NCBI RefSeq assembly: GCF_964355755.1
Contig: NC_092675.1
Location: 21,982,912-22,046,911, forward strand
Direction of reading: 5' to 3'
Source of the DNA: Antedon mediterranea
Taxonomy: Eukaryota; Animalia; Echinodermata
DNA length: 64,000 nt
Each line of letters starts with the position of its first letter. The stretch's first letter is position 1. The notes beneath the pieces were generated by a model, which worked only from the letters and a program-made list of their open reading frames with translations, was not told where the DNA came from and did no database searches. A program made the translations under genes and the position numbers. Shown here piece after piece: positions 1-11,100 of the stretch.

Positions 1-342
1 GAAAGTTATAGCCAGTTTTATTCTAGATTGGATCATGAAATGTCAACCTTTCCATCCTGCCTACAAATTGAAAAGCGTTGCTACTGGTATTTTAGAAAGT
101 TTTGGTTTTTTTTCATTTATTTCTATTTATTAGTTTTTATAAACCATAATTTAAATACTCTGATATTATCTCCAAACAAAATTGATGAATCGGTAAAAAA
201 AGGCTAGTTGTAGGCGTAAGGCTGTGTTTCTCAGCAGGCAAAAGTTAATACAAGTAAAAATGAATTGATAAAGTTCCTGTGGAAAGGTTTTAATTAATAT
301 CTCATTCAAATCAGATAATTATGAAATAAATGTGATAATGTA

Positions 343-620
343 AGATGTATTGTCCCCCAGAAAAACTAATTATTGAATTTTTTTTTTCAATATGCTATTC
401 ACATAATAGATTATATCGGAAAAAATGTATTTACCTGAAAAAACTGTAGTTTAAAGCAAAAAAATAGTCAAATTGGCTATTAGCCAATGGATTTTTGGTT
501 GAATTTAACCATTTATTTTGTCATTTTATAAGAGAAAACATTATTTTTTATTTTTTTTTTCTGTGGAAGTTATTAAAATTACAAAATAACCTATTCAAAG
601 TCTTCATGTTTTCATGGCTG
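343..620 (+). mobile_element. Truncated copy of Kolobok-like MITE (same family as 4979-5323)
   Basis: Starts AGATGTATTGTCCCC, and the internal sequence (AAAAAACTGTA..TTAAAGCAAAAAAA..GTCAAATTG; CCTATTCAAAGTC) aligns by eye with 4979-5323. The right TIR is not seen. Confidence 0.55.
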
Positions 621-1134
621 CAAAAACATTGCCTAAAGTGAGAGTTCCAAAAGATGAATGAAATGAAGGGAACTAAAGTTTAACAAAAGTGAGTATACCG
701 TATATTCAGAGCGTCATTCTGACGACTGGAGCATTCTCTACTTCTCTACGGAGCGCCATTTATGCCTTCATTAACTTCAATATTTATTTATTCTTTCTTT
801 TGACTGGATTGCATTTTCAGTAACGCAGTACTGCTTTCCAAAATGGTCCAGTTATAAGTTTAAAAGTAAATAAAAATTATAACATAAATACACAGTAGGC
901 CTAATTTAAAAGATATATACAGAACAGTTAAAAACAAATAAAATATAAAAAATAAAATATAAAAAATGTAAGATCACTTGGATGAATAGAAATAGTACTA
1001 CGTTAACTGCTCAAGTGGACCCAATTTAGCACCAGGGTAGCACAGTGATATAAAATAGAAATAAAAGTCACTACTTTTAATATCGTTTCGTATATACCCA
1101 TATCAAAAACTGACAAACAGAAACATCTTGGCAT

Positions 1135-1795
1135 TGTTTGTTTCATTTATTTATTTTCCACACATTGAACAAAACGAACAGATATATGAACTATAAGAAA
1201 AGAAAAAAGAAGACAATGTGTGTGAAAGGAGATCAAAATAAGTACAAATTACTTTAAGCATTGACCACCTAAACAGTTGTCGACATGACAAGGAAACTAA
1301 TAACTCTTAAATATTGACGACAAAGTAATTATGCCAAAAAAGTTAAAACTAACTAATACATGGTTATTTACTGTAAAATCAACAAAACAGATTTCAAAAA
1401 AGATAAATTAGGAAATGTAGTTGTTAATTAGTGATTGCTTATAAGTAATTTTAAAACTGGCTACGGACATCTTAGATTTTAGCTGAATTGGTAGTTGTTC
1501 CCATAATTTGGGGCCAAGGTATGGTATAGTATAGAGTTACTGGTAATTAGTGAGGGACGAAATTTTGGGTGAAAATTAGATGATGAAAAACGAGTTGGAT
1601 AATTGTGATAGGTGGATGGTTTGCTAAAGATTGAAGTGATTTGGGTTGGAAGAGAGTTTTGTGATAATCGAAACATAAAAATAGCAGTTTGTAATTTATT
1701 GATGTCAAAAATATTTAGAACCTTCAGGTTATAAAATAAGGGCTTAGAATGAGAGTTGAAATCAGCCCCTGAACAGATTCGAATTACTCTTTTTT
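1135..1795 (-). mobile_element. 5'-truncated LINE (L2/Crack/CR1-group) RT C-terminal fragment plus 3' UTR
   Basis: The minus ORF contains KRVIRICSGADFNSHSKPLFYNLKVLNIFDINKLQTAIFMF...HNYPTR, a typical post-RT region of this LINE group and homologous to the 3940 ORF. An A-rich tail lies at ~1135-1160 on the minus strand. Confidence 0.8.
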
Positions 1796-2034
1796 TAAAT
1801 TTAAATAAACCATCAATATGAGTGGTTTCACATTCACATTGATTCAAATTTATCTTTTTCTTTTCATGTAAATAAACTTCGTTCCAAACTGGGCTTGTCC
1901 ATCTCCATCTTATCGCGTGCTCAGTCATTTAATTAATAAACACACATCCATACTCCTCTATAACACTATAATCCTCCCACACATTGACTATTGATGTAGT
2001 GTTTGGGGAATCAGATCGAATATTAACTGAATAC

Positions 2035-2595
2035 AGACCATTCGAAATAGAGCACTTTGCATTATCCTTAAAGCTCATCCTCTCACACCACGAACTAACA
2101 TTTACAACACCTTAAATCTTCATACAGTCCAAGATCGCATGCATCTACAACTGGGCTGCTGCCTTGCTCACAGGTCTGCAAATGGTCTTGCTCCGGAATA
2201 CCTTGACGTGCGTCTTGCCAGAATTCCAAATCATCGATTTACCCGAAGTGTCAGTGAGAGGAAATTTGTCGTCCATTTCCCTAACTAAAACTTTTAAGAA
2301 CAGCTTTATCTATAGAGCACCAACATACCTGAATTTGCTACCACCAAACTAAGAAATGCGGTAACAATAAATAATTTCAAGTCTGCTCTAAAAAAATATT
2401 TAATCCCAAAAGAACAAACTCAACGTTTTGTATAGTATTGTAGGCTATATTTTTGTATTTAAGTACATATATATTATATATTTTTTTATTTTTTTAACAT
2501 ATTTCATATATTTCCGTTTTTTCATATATGTTTTTGACTGTCTGCATATGCTGTTTAGGGTCACCCTCAGAAAATAAGGTTTAATAAAAAAATAA
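2035..2595 (+). mobile_element. Degenerate LINE (L2/CR1-group) 3' fragment
   Basis: Frameshifted remnants read RALCIILKAHPLT..., GLAPEYL and TKTFKNSFIYRAPTYLNLLP, followed by a T-rich 3' UTR and an A-rich tail near 2580-2595. Confidence 0.65.
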
Positions 2596-2870
2596 AATAG
2601 AAATAAAGTCACTAAATTTTAATATCTTTTCGTATGTTAATACAATGTGCTCAAGTGGACCCAATTTGGCCCCAGTGGAGCACAGTGATATAAAATAGAA
2701 ATAAAGTCACTAAATTTTAATATCTTTTCGTATAAAACACTGTGCTCAAGTGGACACAATTTGGTACCAGGGGAGCAGTGATATAAAATAGAAATAAAGT
2801 CACTCAAGTTTCAATCTTTTCGTATGTTAATACACTGTGCTCAAGTGGACCCAATTTGGCGCCAGTGGAT
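2590..2870 (+). repeat. ~95-97 bp tandem repeat, ~3 copies (extra copy at 1005-1092; inverted array at 6793-7030)
   Basis: The unit TGTGCTCAAGTGGACCCAATTTGG..CCAG.G.AGCACAGTGATATAAAATAGAAATAAAGTCACT..TTTTAATATCTTTTCGTA is seen directly. Confidence 0.85.
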
Positions 2871-3376
2871 TTTTTTTTAAATGGAAAATAATGAATATTG
2901 TTTTTCTTTTATTTTGAAAGAGAGATATTTTGAGGATTGTAAATGTCAAGTGGAACTTTTTTTAAATAAAAAACAAAGTTGCATGGCATTATTTTCCATT
3001 AAATAGACTGCCATAAAACCTCGAAAAGAAGCCCATGTGCTCCTTCATTTTTAGTACTCTTGGGTGGGCTTCTTTTCCACATGGAGTTCTTTTCGAGATT
3101 GCTTTTGCAAACTAAACTAGGGGAACTGCTAACTTGCCGCCCGGAAAATTTTATTTACATGATTTGAAAAATCTTCTTATTGTAAATAATTAACAGCATC
3201 AAAATTTAACAGTGTGGCGTGTTGACCGCGAATGACTAACATACCATCTTTACCATAATACACCTGCATAGACTCATTTGCATAACAACGCACGCACATA
3301 CCAAACTGTTTAAAATAGTGCTACAAGGTACCCGAAAATGACATCTATTATGTTTTTAAACAACATGCATAAGAAT

Positions 3377-3548
3377 CTAGATGCATTGCTAGTGCCTTCT
3401 CAAGATGTGTGGTGGAAAGGGGGACGTACAATTCTATGAACCCCAAACACAGTGGTCGCATACCTTTAACTCTATTCCACCGACCAGCGTGGGAATCGAA
3501 CCCACGACATACGTGTTGTCAACACGACGCTCAGGCGACTGAGTTAAC
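3377..3548 (-). mobile_element. tRNA-derived SINE, partial
   Basis: The minus strand has an A-box-like TAACTCAGTCG and B box GGTTCGATTCC. The body matches 6251-6500. Confidence 0.7.
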
Positions 3549-3774
3549 TGATCATTTTGGTTTTATCAATGTTAATAGGATATTTATGATGTAATGATGA
3601 ATTACGTAATACACGTATAAATAGACAATTATCAGCTGTTCAGTCATGTTTCATTTTGTGGTGCAACCGCTCAGTTTTGAGTGGTATCAGCTAGGGTTCG
3701 AACCTCTACAGATATTTTTAGAATAGTGTTTTTTTTAAAAGAGAGATATTTGGAGGGTTGAAATTAAATTTAAA

Positions 3775-4745
3775 AATGTTGACCCATCACTATACAATAT
3801 TACCATTGAAAATATAAAAATCCCCTCTGTTCAATCAGCAAAATTCTTAGGTGTCCCTCTTGATTCTGGCCTGACGTGGAAAACACACATTAGTGTAACT
3901 GAAAACAAAATTTCCAAAAACCTTGGTATTATTTTTCGTTTGTCTTCATATTTACCCCCTAATATCCTACGTATCCTGTATTGCTCTATGATTCTTCCCT
4001 ATTTGAGTTATTGTAATATTGTTTGGTGCAACACATACCCCACAAACCTTAATAAATTGCATACCCTCCAAAAGAAGGCTATCAGAATTATATCTGACGC
4101 GCCTCCGCTTTCCCATTCCTCTCATTTATTTTCAAATCTTAATCTCATCAAACTTAATGATATCAATTTAATTCAACAAACCATTTTTGTCTACTCTGCC
4201 TTAAACAACATCCTTCCTTACCATCTTTGTTGTCTTTTTACTTCCAATTCCTTCTTTCATTCCCATCACACACGTACTAAAAATAAATTATCTATACCTT
4301 CCCATAGAAAAAATTCTTTCCAACATAACATTCGCTACTCTGGACCCACCCTATGGAACAACCTACCACCCTCCATTTTAAAATCTGCTTCCCCTAAGAT
4401 ACTTATCTCAAAATTAAAAAAATACACCTTTTCTACTTTTCTACCGATTAATAAACATTTAAAAATGTTTATTAATCGGTCATGTCTCGATCTGCAGTAC
4501 CAACAGATTCATTTTTTGTCTGTTATTCATATTTTAGATTATGAAATTTATTATTATTTTCTTCAATGTATTTCTTCTCTTTTTTATTTGTGTCAAGGCT
4601 CGCCCAACACAAGATGTTTATCAACATCTTCCAGGGCTTTTGCCTTCCTTTTCTGAAACATATTTTTATAATTCTGTACAATCCTGTTTCTTGTTTTCCT
4701 ATGTATTCAGATTTTGTAAATAAATGTCTATTGAATTGAATTGAA
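3775..4745 (+). mobile_element. 5'-truncated LINE (L2/Crack/CR1-group) RT C-terminus, 3' UTR and (AATTG)n tail
   Basis: The frame open from 3781 reads KFLGVPLDSGLTWKTHI...SKNLGII.RL...LY.SMILPYLSYCNIVW...LQKKAIRII...HSSHLF...YSGPTLWNNLP. It ends in an ATTGAATTGAATTGAA tail. Confidence 0.88.
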
Positions 4746-4978
4746 TGTCAGGCCTAGGCAAGTGGATGGCATTCATTTTTCCATTAAATAGACACCATAA
4801 CACCCCGAATGTTCCTCATTTTTTAGTACTCTTGGGTACGGTGGCTTCTTTTCAACGGATAAGCTTCTTTTCCACATGGGGTTCTTTTCAAGATTACTTT
4901 TGTAAACTAAAGGAGGGGAGTTTCTAGATTCCCGCCCGGAAAATTCTTTACATGATTTGAATTTCTAATAAAGATTAA

Positions 4979-5323
4979 AGATATATTGTCCCCTGAAAAA
5001 ATGTTTTTTTTTAATCTTTTTGTTGAATATGTTATTTTAATGTCACATAATAGTTATTCACTTTCACAAAAAATTGGGTCTGATAAAAAATTATTTACTT
5101 GAAAAAACTGTAATTTAAAGCAAAAAAATTGTCAAATTGTCTGGAAGCCAATGAGGTTTTGGGTAATTTAACTGTTTATTTTGTCTTTTTATAGGTTAAA
5201 TAATTTTTTCCCCGTTCTTTTTTCTTATGGAAGTGAACAACTTCAATAAAACTGCATATTGGCCTATTCAAAGTCCGATTTTAAGAATCTTTATTTTTCA
5301 TGATTTTGGGAGACAATACATCT
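4979..5323. mobile_element. Kolobok-like MITE
   Basis: TIRs AGATATATTGTCCCC / GGGAGACAATACATCT, with TTAA on both sides (4975-4978, 5324-5327). AG termini plus a TTAA TSD fit Kolobok. Confidence 0.7.
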
Positions 5324-6250
5324 TTAACAAATCAAAATTTAACTTTTAAATTCAATTTTGTGGCGTAGGACTAACAATACCATCTTTCCCATTACACCTG
5401 CACAAACACATTTGCATAACAACGCAGGGCTTACCAAACTGTTTAAAATAGCTACAAGGTCCCCAGAAATGACACCTATAGTATTTTAAAACATGATATA
5501 TAAGAGTCTTCACTACCCCACCATGATTGGGGCTGAGCAAAGACAATTTTGAAAAAAATATTTATTGAAATATGGAATTAAATATTAAGTCTACAGTTAA
5601 GCTCACCATGGTTGGGGCAGAGCTAAGAATGAAAGCTTAGTCCCCGGAAATTATGAAACGGAATATAAAAGTCTTCAGGACCAGCCATACAATGGTGATT
5701 GTTTCCGAAGTGTGAGACATGCAATGCACGCGGCCGTGATTATCATATCACCTTTGATAAATTATAATGTTAAATTTGAACTATCCAGATGCGAATTTTA
5801 GGTTGGGTTTAAAAAAAACTCGACTTCATAATTATGCTTAAAATCCGGCTTCAAATTCGAAGATCTGCTTAAAACATATTTATATATTTATTCTACCATA
5901 AACTTGTCTTCACAACATATTAGTAGGCCTACAATACAATATCTTGCATGAAACGGATATTTAAAAGTACACTATAATGTGTAACGGTAGAATTACAATT
6001 CTAATGTAAAAGATTAATAAAAATTGAACAGTGTTGTGTGTTGATCGCGAATGACTAACAATACCGTCTTTCCCACAGCACATGTGCACACTCATTTGCA
6101 TAACAAACGCACGGCATACCAAACTACGATGAGATAAAATTAATTCTCTTCTAAACACGTAACGAAGAGAATTAATTCCTTTTTTTTACATTAAAATAAA
6201 TTGAGGCGCTAAACATAAAATTTAAACCACCAAAGCAGTTTGCGAGAGCC

Positions 6251-6500
6251 AAAAAAAAGATGGTAAATGTGCTCTCCCTGCCTCAGCACTAAGGCCTTTT
6301 GGGGTCGTTTCCACCACATCACCAGATGCATTGATGTTGTCGCCTCATGATGTGTGGTGGATTTTGGAAAAGGGGACGTATTATCTGTGAACCCCAAACA
6401 CAGTGGCTCGCATAGCCTTAACTCTATTCCACCGACCATCGTGGGAATCGAACCCATGACATACGTGTTGTGAACACGACGCTCAGACGACTGAGCTAAT
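6251..6500 (-). mobile_element. tRNA-derived SINE, near full length (Val-CAC-like head)
   Basis: Minus strand: TAGCTCAGTCG (A box), CGTG-TTCACAA-CACG arm, GGTTCGATTCC (B box), a ~170 nt body and a T-run end. There is no proper acceptor stem, so this is not a tRNA. Confidence 0.72.
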
Positions 6501-6792
6501 AATATTATAATACAACTGATCATTTTGGTTTTAGCAAGGTTAATAGGATATTTATGACGTAATGATCAATTACGTAATACACGTATAAATAGACTATTAT
6601 CAGCTTTTCAGTCATGTACTTGGTGGAATAACGGGTAATGCTCAGTTTTGAGTGCTATCGGTTGGGGTTCGAATCTCGACGGATATTTTTTTTTTTCTTT
6701 AATACGGTTTTTTTTTTAAATAGAGATATGTGACACTGTATTGTCGAACATGTATGGTACCTACCATACCGGTAGGTATTCAAATATGCTTA

Positions 6793-7030
6793 ATACGAAA
6801 AGATATTAAAATTCAGTAACTTATTTCTATTTTATATCACTGTGCTACACTGGCTCCAAGTTGGGTCCACTTGAGCACAGTGTATTAACATACGAAGAAA
6901 AGATATTAAAATTCCGTGAATTATTTCTATTTTACACCACTGTGCTCGCCTGGTGCCAAATTGGGTACACTTGAGTACATTGTACATTAAAATACGAAAA
7001 GATATTACAATTCAGTGACTTATTTCTAAT
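6793..7030 (-). repeat. Inverted array (~2.5 copies) of the ~96 bp repeat at 2590-2870
   Basis: Reverse complement of the same unit (TACGAAAAGATATTAAAATT...CACTGTGCT...TTGGG.CCACTTGAG). Confidence 0.85.
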
Positions 7031-7149
7031 ATATGGCTCTATACCTCTATTTTACAACAAGGGCCCCCAAACCCTTTAAAAAAACGACTGTACTTAAAAG
7101 ACTAGCAAACAACCTATGAACTTTGTTTGATGATCGAACTCTCCTTCCT

Positions 7150-7500
7150 TTTTTTAGCCGTATTTTAATCGAGTCACTGGTGGGAAATTACAGTGGATTT
7201 TTAAAGAATGGTAGTCATTTATCACGAACGTATTTTCTGATATATATCTAATGTATATCATTACAATATTTCTGGAACTGCTTAGGTAAGTATTGGTAGT
7301 ACTGCTGGCTAATTATTATAGGTAATATTGTATTTTGTTCGGAGGCCTAGCTAGGGCGGCTAGCCTAGAGGGCTCTGTCTGGTCTGGGTCTGGTCAATTA
7401 AATAGGGAAGTCGTCCTCCTCGGCTCCCGCGCGCGTGCCCATCGTTGCCCGTCTTAACTACTAGCTAGCTGTAAATGTAGTGATACTAGGCCTAGGCCTA
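7150..7500 (+). promoter_or_regulatory. Putative promoter / non-coding exon 1 of DNAJC14 and GC-rich start of intron 1
   Basis: Strong donor TAG|GTAAGT after 7285, followed by a locally GC/CpG-rich segment with TAGGCCTA repeats. An acceptor TTTTTCAG at 7980 lies upstream of the ATG. The TSS is not determinable. Confidence 0.55.
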
Positions 7501-8108
7501 CACCCTATGTAAACCTGACTTAGGGATTAAGCTATCATCCATTATTATAATGGTGTGTTGGTTCTGAACACAACTTGAACAGATGAAACAGATCACAGTG
7601 ACAGTAGTCAGTTGATGTTTTTTTTTAAATTTTTCTCTTTTATTTAGAAAATTATCATTTGAAATAATATAATATGGCCATTTTTTCCAGAAAAAAGAAA
7701 AATATTGAAATTAGCTCCTCATATTTTCAGTGTGAATATATTGAAAATAGGAGTTTGGATTGTTACATTAAATCGGGTTGAAATTTAAATACTGTACTAT
7801 TTTAAAGTGTTTTTTATATTCTTTTCCTGATAAAGGAAAGGAGGAAATGCACCGTAGCACTACTACCCTGCTGGATCCAGCTGCCCTTAATCAATATTTA
7901 AAAAAAACAGCCTTAAAATCTTCAAGGTGACTAATGATTTGTGAAAGTGCATAAATAATCAATTTTTATTTGTTTTTCAGAATATGTTATGATGTAATCA
8001 ATTTACCAATGGTTGAGAAAAGACCTACTAATAGCTATATAGTGCTATAATGCCCAACTGCTCATAAAATAGACTTATCAATAGTCTAACATTTCATTCT
8101 GCTATAAG

Positions 8109-11100
8109 ATGGAGCAAGAATTTGATCATACATCAGATTGTGATTCCATCAATGATCATGTATGGAACAATCCAATTGGTCAATATTCAAATCTTGGACG
8201 ACACAAACCGAAATCGAATACTACTTATAAACCCAGAACGATTTACTCGGATACAAATTTCAATCCATCCAATGTTAGTAACGATGCTTTTGAGGCAGGT
8301 GATGATTTTTGTGACAATTTGAGTTCAGTCGGTTTTTTATCTAATTTTTCCAGTAATGATTGTGCTAATAACAATCCTTTAGAATCTACTTCTAATACAG
8401 ATATTCACCATAATTGGAAAAGGACTAAGAAAATGCCTGCTAGTTCTGCAGAAACAACGGCAAACAAAAACAAATTTTTTGATCCAAAGCGAATATTTGC
8501 CGAGGTAAAGAAAGCCATACAATCCGATGTAATGAACAGCGAGAAATCTTCATCTTATACTGAATCCAAAGATGAGGAACTAGATCTAAGAAAACTGCAT
8601 TTTGATCAGGAAATAGCAAGAAAATTAGGAGTAATATCACCTGATGAAGAATGGCCAATCAGAACTGAGAGTCCACTAAACATAGGCAAACATCGTCAAC
8701 AACAAACCAGTATAAATAGATCTGAGAATGTTGGCCCACATGCATCACCTGATCAGTGCAGTTCAATCAATCAGAATTCACTAAACCCAGGAAAACAAGA
8801 CAAAAGTAATTCTGTGAAGACACATAGAGTAAATACATCACCTGATCAAGGCTGTATAATCACAAGTAACAATTCAGCAAGTCTAGGAAAACGAGAAAAT
8901 CGAAACAGTTCTGAAAAAAATGTTACACCACATAGACTAAGTTCATCACTAGATCAAGGCTGTCCAAGCATAAGTAAGACTTCAACAAACCTAGGAGAAC
9001 GAGAAAACCAGAACAGTTTGGAAAAAAATGTCTCACCACATAGAGTAAGTTCATCATCAGATCAAGGCAGTCCAAGCATAAGTAACAATTCAAGTCTAGG
9101 AAAACGAGGGAATAGTTCTGACAGAAATGTCTCACCACATAGACTAAGTGCATCACCTGATCAAAGCCATCCAATCGCAAGTAAGAATTCATCAAGCCTA
9201 GGAGAACGAGAACATAGAAATAGTTCTGAAAGGAATGTCTCACCACATAGACTAACTTCATCATTGGATCAAAGCTGTCCAAGCATAAGTAAGAATCCAT
9301 CAAGCCTAGGAAAACGAGAAAGTAGTTTTGAAAGAAATGTCTCACCACATAGACTAAGTTCATCATCGAATCAAGGCTGTCCAATCACAAGTAAGAATCC
9401 ATCAAGCCAAGGAAAACGAGGAACTAGTAATAATGAAAAAACTTTCTCACCACATAGACTACGTTCATCACATGATCAAGGCTGTCCAATGACAAGTGAC
9501 AATTCATCAAACCCAGGAAAACCAGAAAGCATTAGAAATAATCCTAAAGAGACTACATCCGAGACTAAACATAGTGGCAGTAGATCTAATGACATTCAGT
9601 TTAACACTAATGCTGCAAGAGATTTCAAACAAAGAAACCATAAACCTGCTGAGAAACAATCATCAGAAGATGCTGCTTCTCGTGCCGCTGGTGAGCCTCG
9701 AGCAGAACCAATCAAGAAGAAACCAGTTCCAAAAGGCGACAATGAAAGGTACTTATCGAAGAAAAGGAGAAAACCAAAATTTGCTAACCAACCTCAAAAC
9801 CAGCAGGACAATGGAAATAGGTCTGCTAGAGCTGATAGAAGTGATAGGCCCAGCAGTAGAAGGAGCCGGGAACGACAGAGTCATATGAATCATGAAAGGA
9901 TGGATGGTAACATGGATGAAGAAGTCAGAGAAGAAGCAGCTGATGGCTCAGGTAGGTTATTGTTTTGTATTTTGTAAACAAGATCCCAATGGCCATATCT
10001 AATTGCGTCTTTTTCGTTATGATAATTAAAGACTTTTTTTAGGGTTGTTTATCATCAAAGATTATTTATATTTTATATCATATTTATATACCACCTAAAT
10101 CTAATAATGTACTAAAAGTTTCCACCAATCAGAAGTCCACCTTTAATCTGTTGTTTTGTTTTAGGTGATGCACTGCAGCAACTATTTTTTGGCATCATCA
10201 GAGCACTGGTGTGGTTCCTTGGTTTCCTATTCTTCTTGTTTCTGGTGTTGTTGTCTTTTGCTTTTAACATGTAAGTATATTAATTATAACCTATACAATA
10301 AATATTGATTATAATAAATATATTATTTTAATATTAAAAAATGTGTAAGTATTCAAATTGCCTAGTTTATTGGTAAAAATCATTTTTATAGACTTTGGAA
10401 TGGATTGGAATAAAAACAAACGTCAAAAAGCCCAAGGTGCCATATGTTTGTGACAGTGTGCGAATGGCATTCACTAGCATGTGATATGCTAACTCATGGG
10501 GCAAGGGGTCAAGACCTTCTCTGTGCCATATTTCAGCATTCTCTCAGTCTCATTGCCTCGTCCTTAGGATATCAGATATAAAGTCATACTGTACTGTACT
10601 TAAATTACACATGAACTTTTAAAAGAGTACAGTAGGGAGATCGTCTGTCATTCATCATAGTAGGCTCTAAAAGTGAGGATGTCATGGATCCATATAGGGC
10701 ATCTATATCTCCTCAATTCATCATTAACAATTACTACTACATTTACGTATTTTACCAATGCTTTTATTTGTTAAAAGTAAAAGCCCTGTCTACCTCAAAG
10801 TTTGTGACAAAAATGTGATGTGCCCATATATGGACATATACATATCTGGGCACATCATACTGTTTTTGTAAAACTAGTTTAATACTGTAGACAGAGCTTA
10901 AGTTTTCATAATGTATGTACTGTATATTCATGTTGTACTATGTAATTTGAAATAGTTGCAGGAGATGGCTTATATACACAATGGTATTCTTGAAAGTGCT
11001 GATGGAGTGGATCAGGAAACGGAGTGGTAACAAATTCAGGGCGTATGATGGAACATTGACTATGGAAGACATCATGACCTTAGGACCATCTGAGAATATA

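Noticed and set aside
3010-3300. snRNA gene suggested by octamer ATTTGCAT, a GC box and a hairpin with ATTTTTAG
   Set aside because: No match to any snRNA I recognise. The pieces look like decayed TACCGT-type MITE termini inside a duplicated TE mosaic.
6430-6500. Functional tRNA-Val(CAC) gene (also 3480-3548)
   Set aside because: The acceptor stem does not pair, the copies differ in the anticodon loop and a SINE-like body follows.
8440-9384. Antisense ORFs over the large DNAJC14 exon (likewise 26397-26765 over MYSM1 and 63611-63839 over LLTP)
   Set aside because: Shadow ORFs of real or repetitive coding exons.
10392-10436. Possible DNAJC14 exon after CATTTTTATAG
   Set aside because: It has an in-frame TAA after six codons and a weak donor, and the frame is restored without it.
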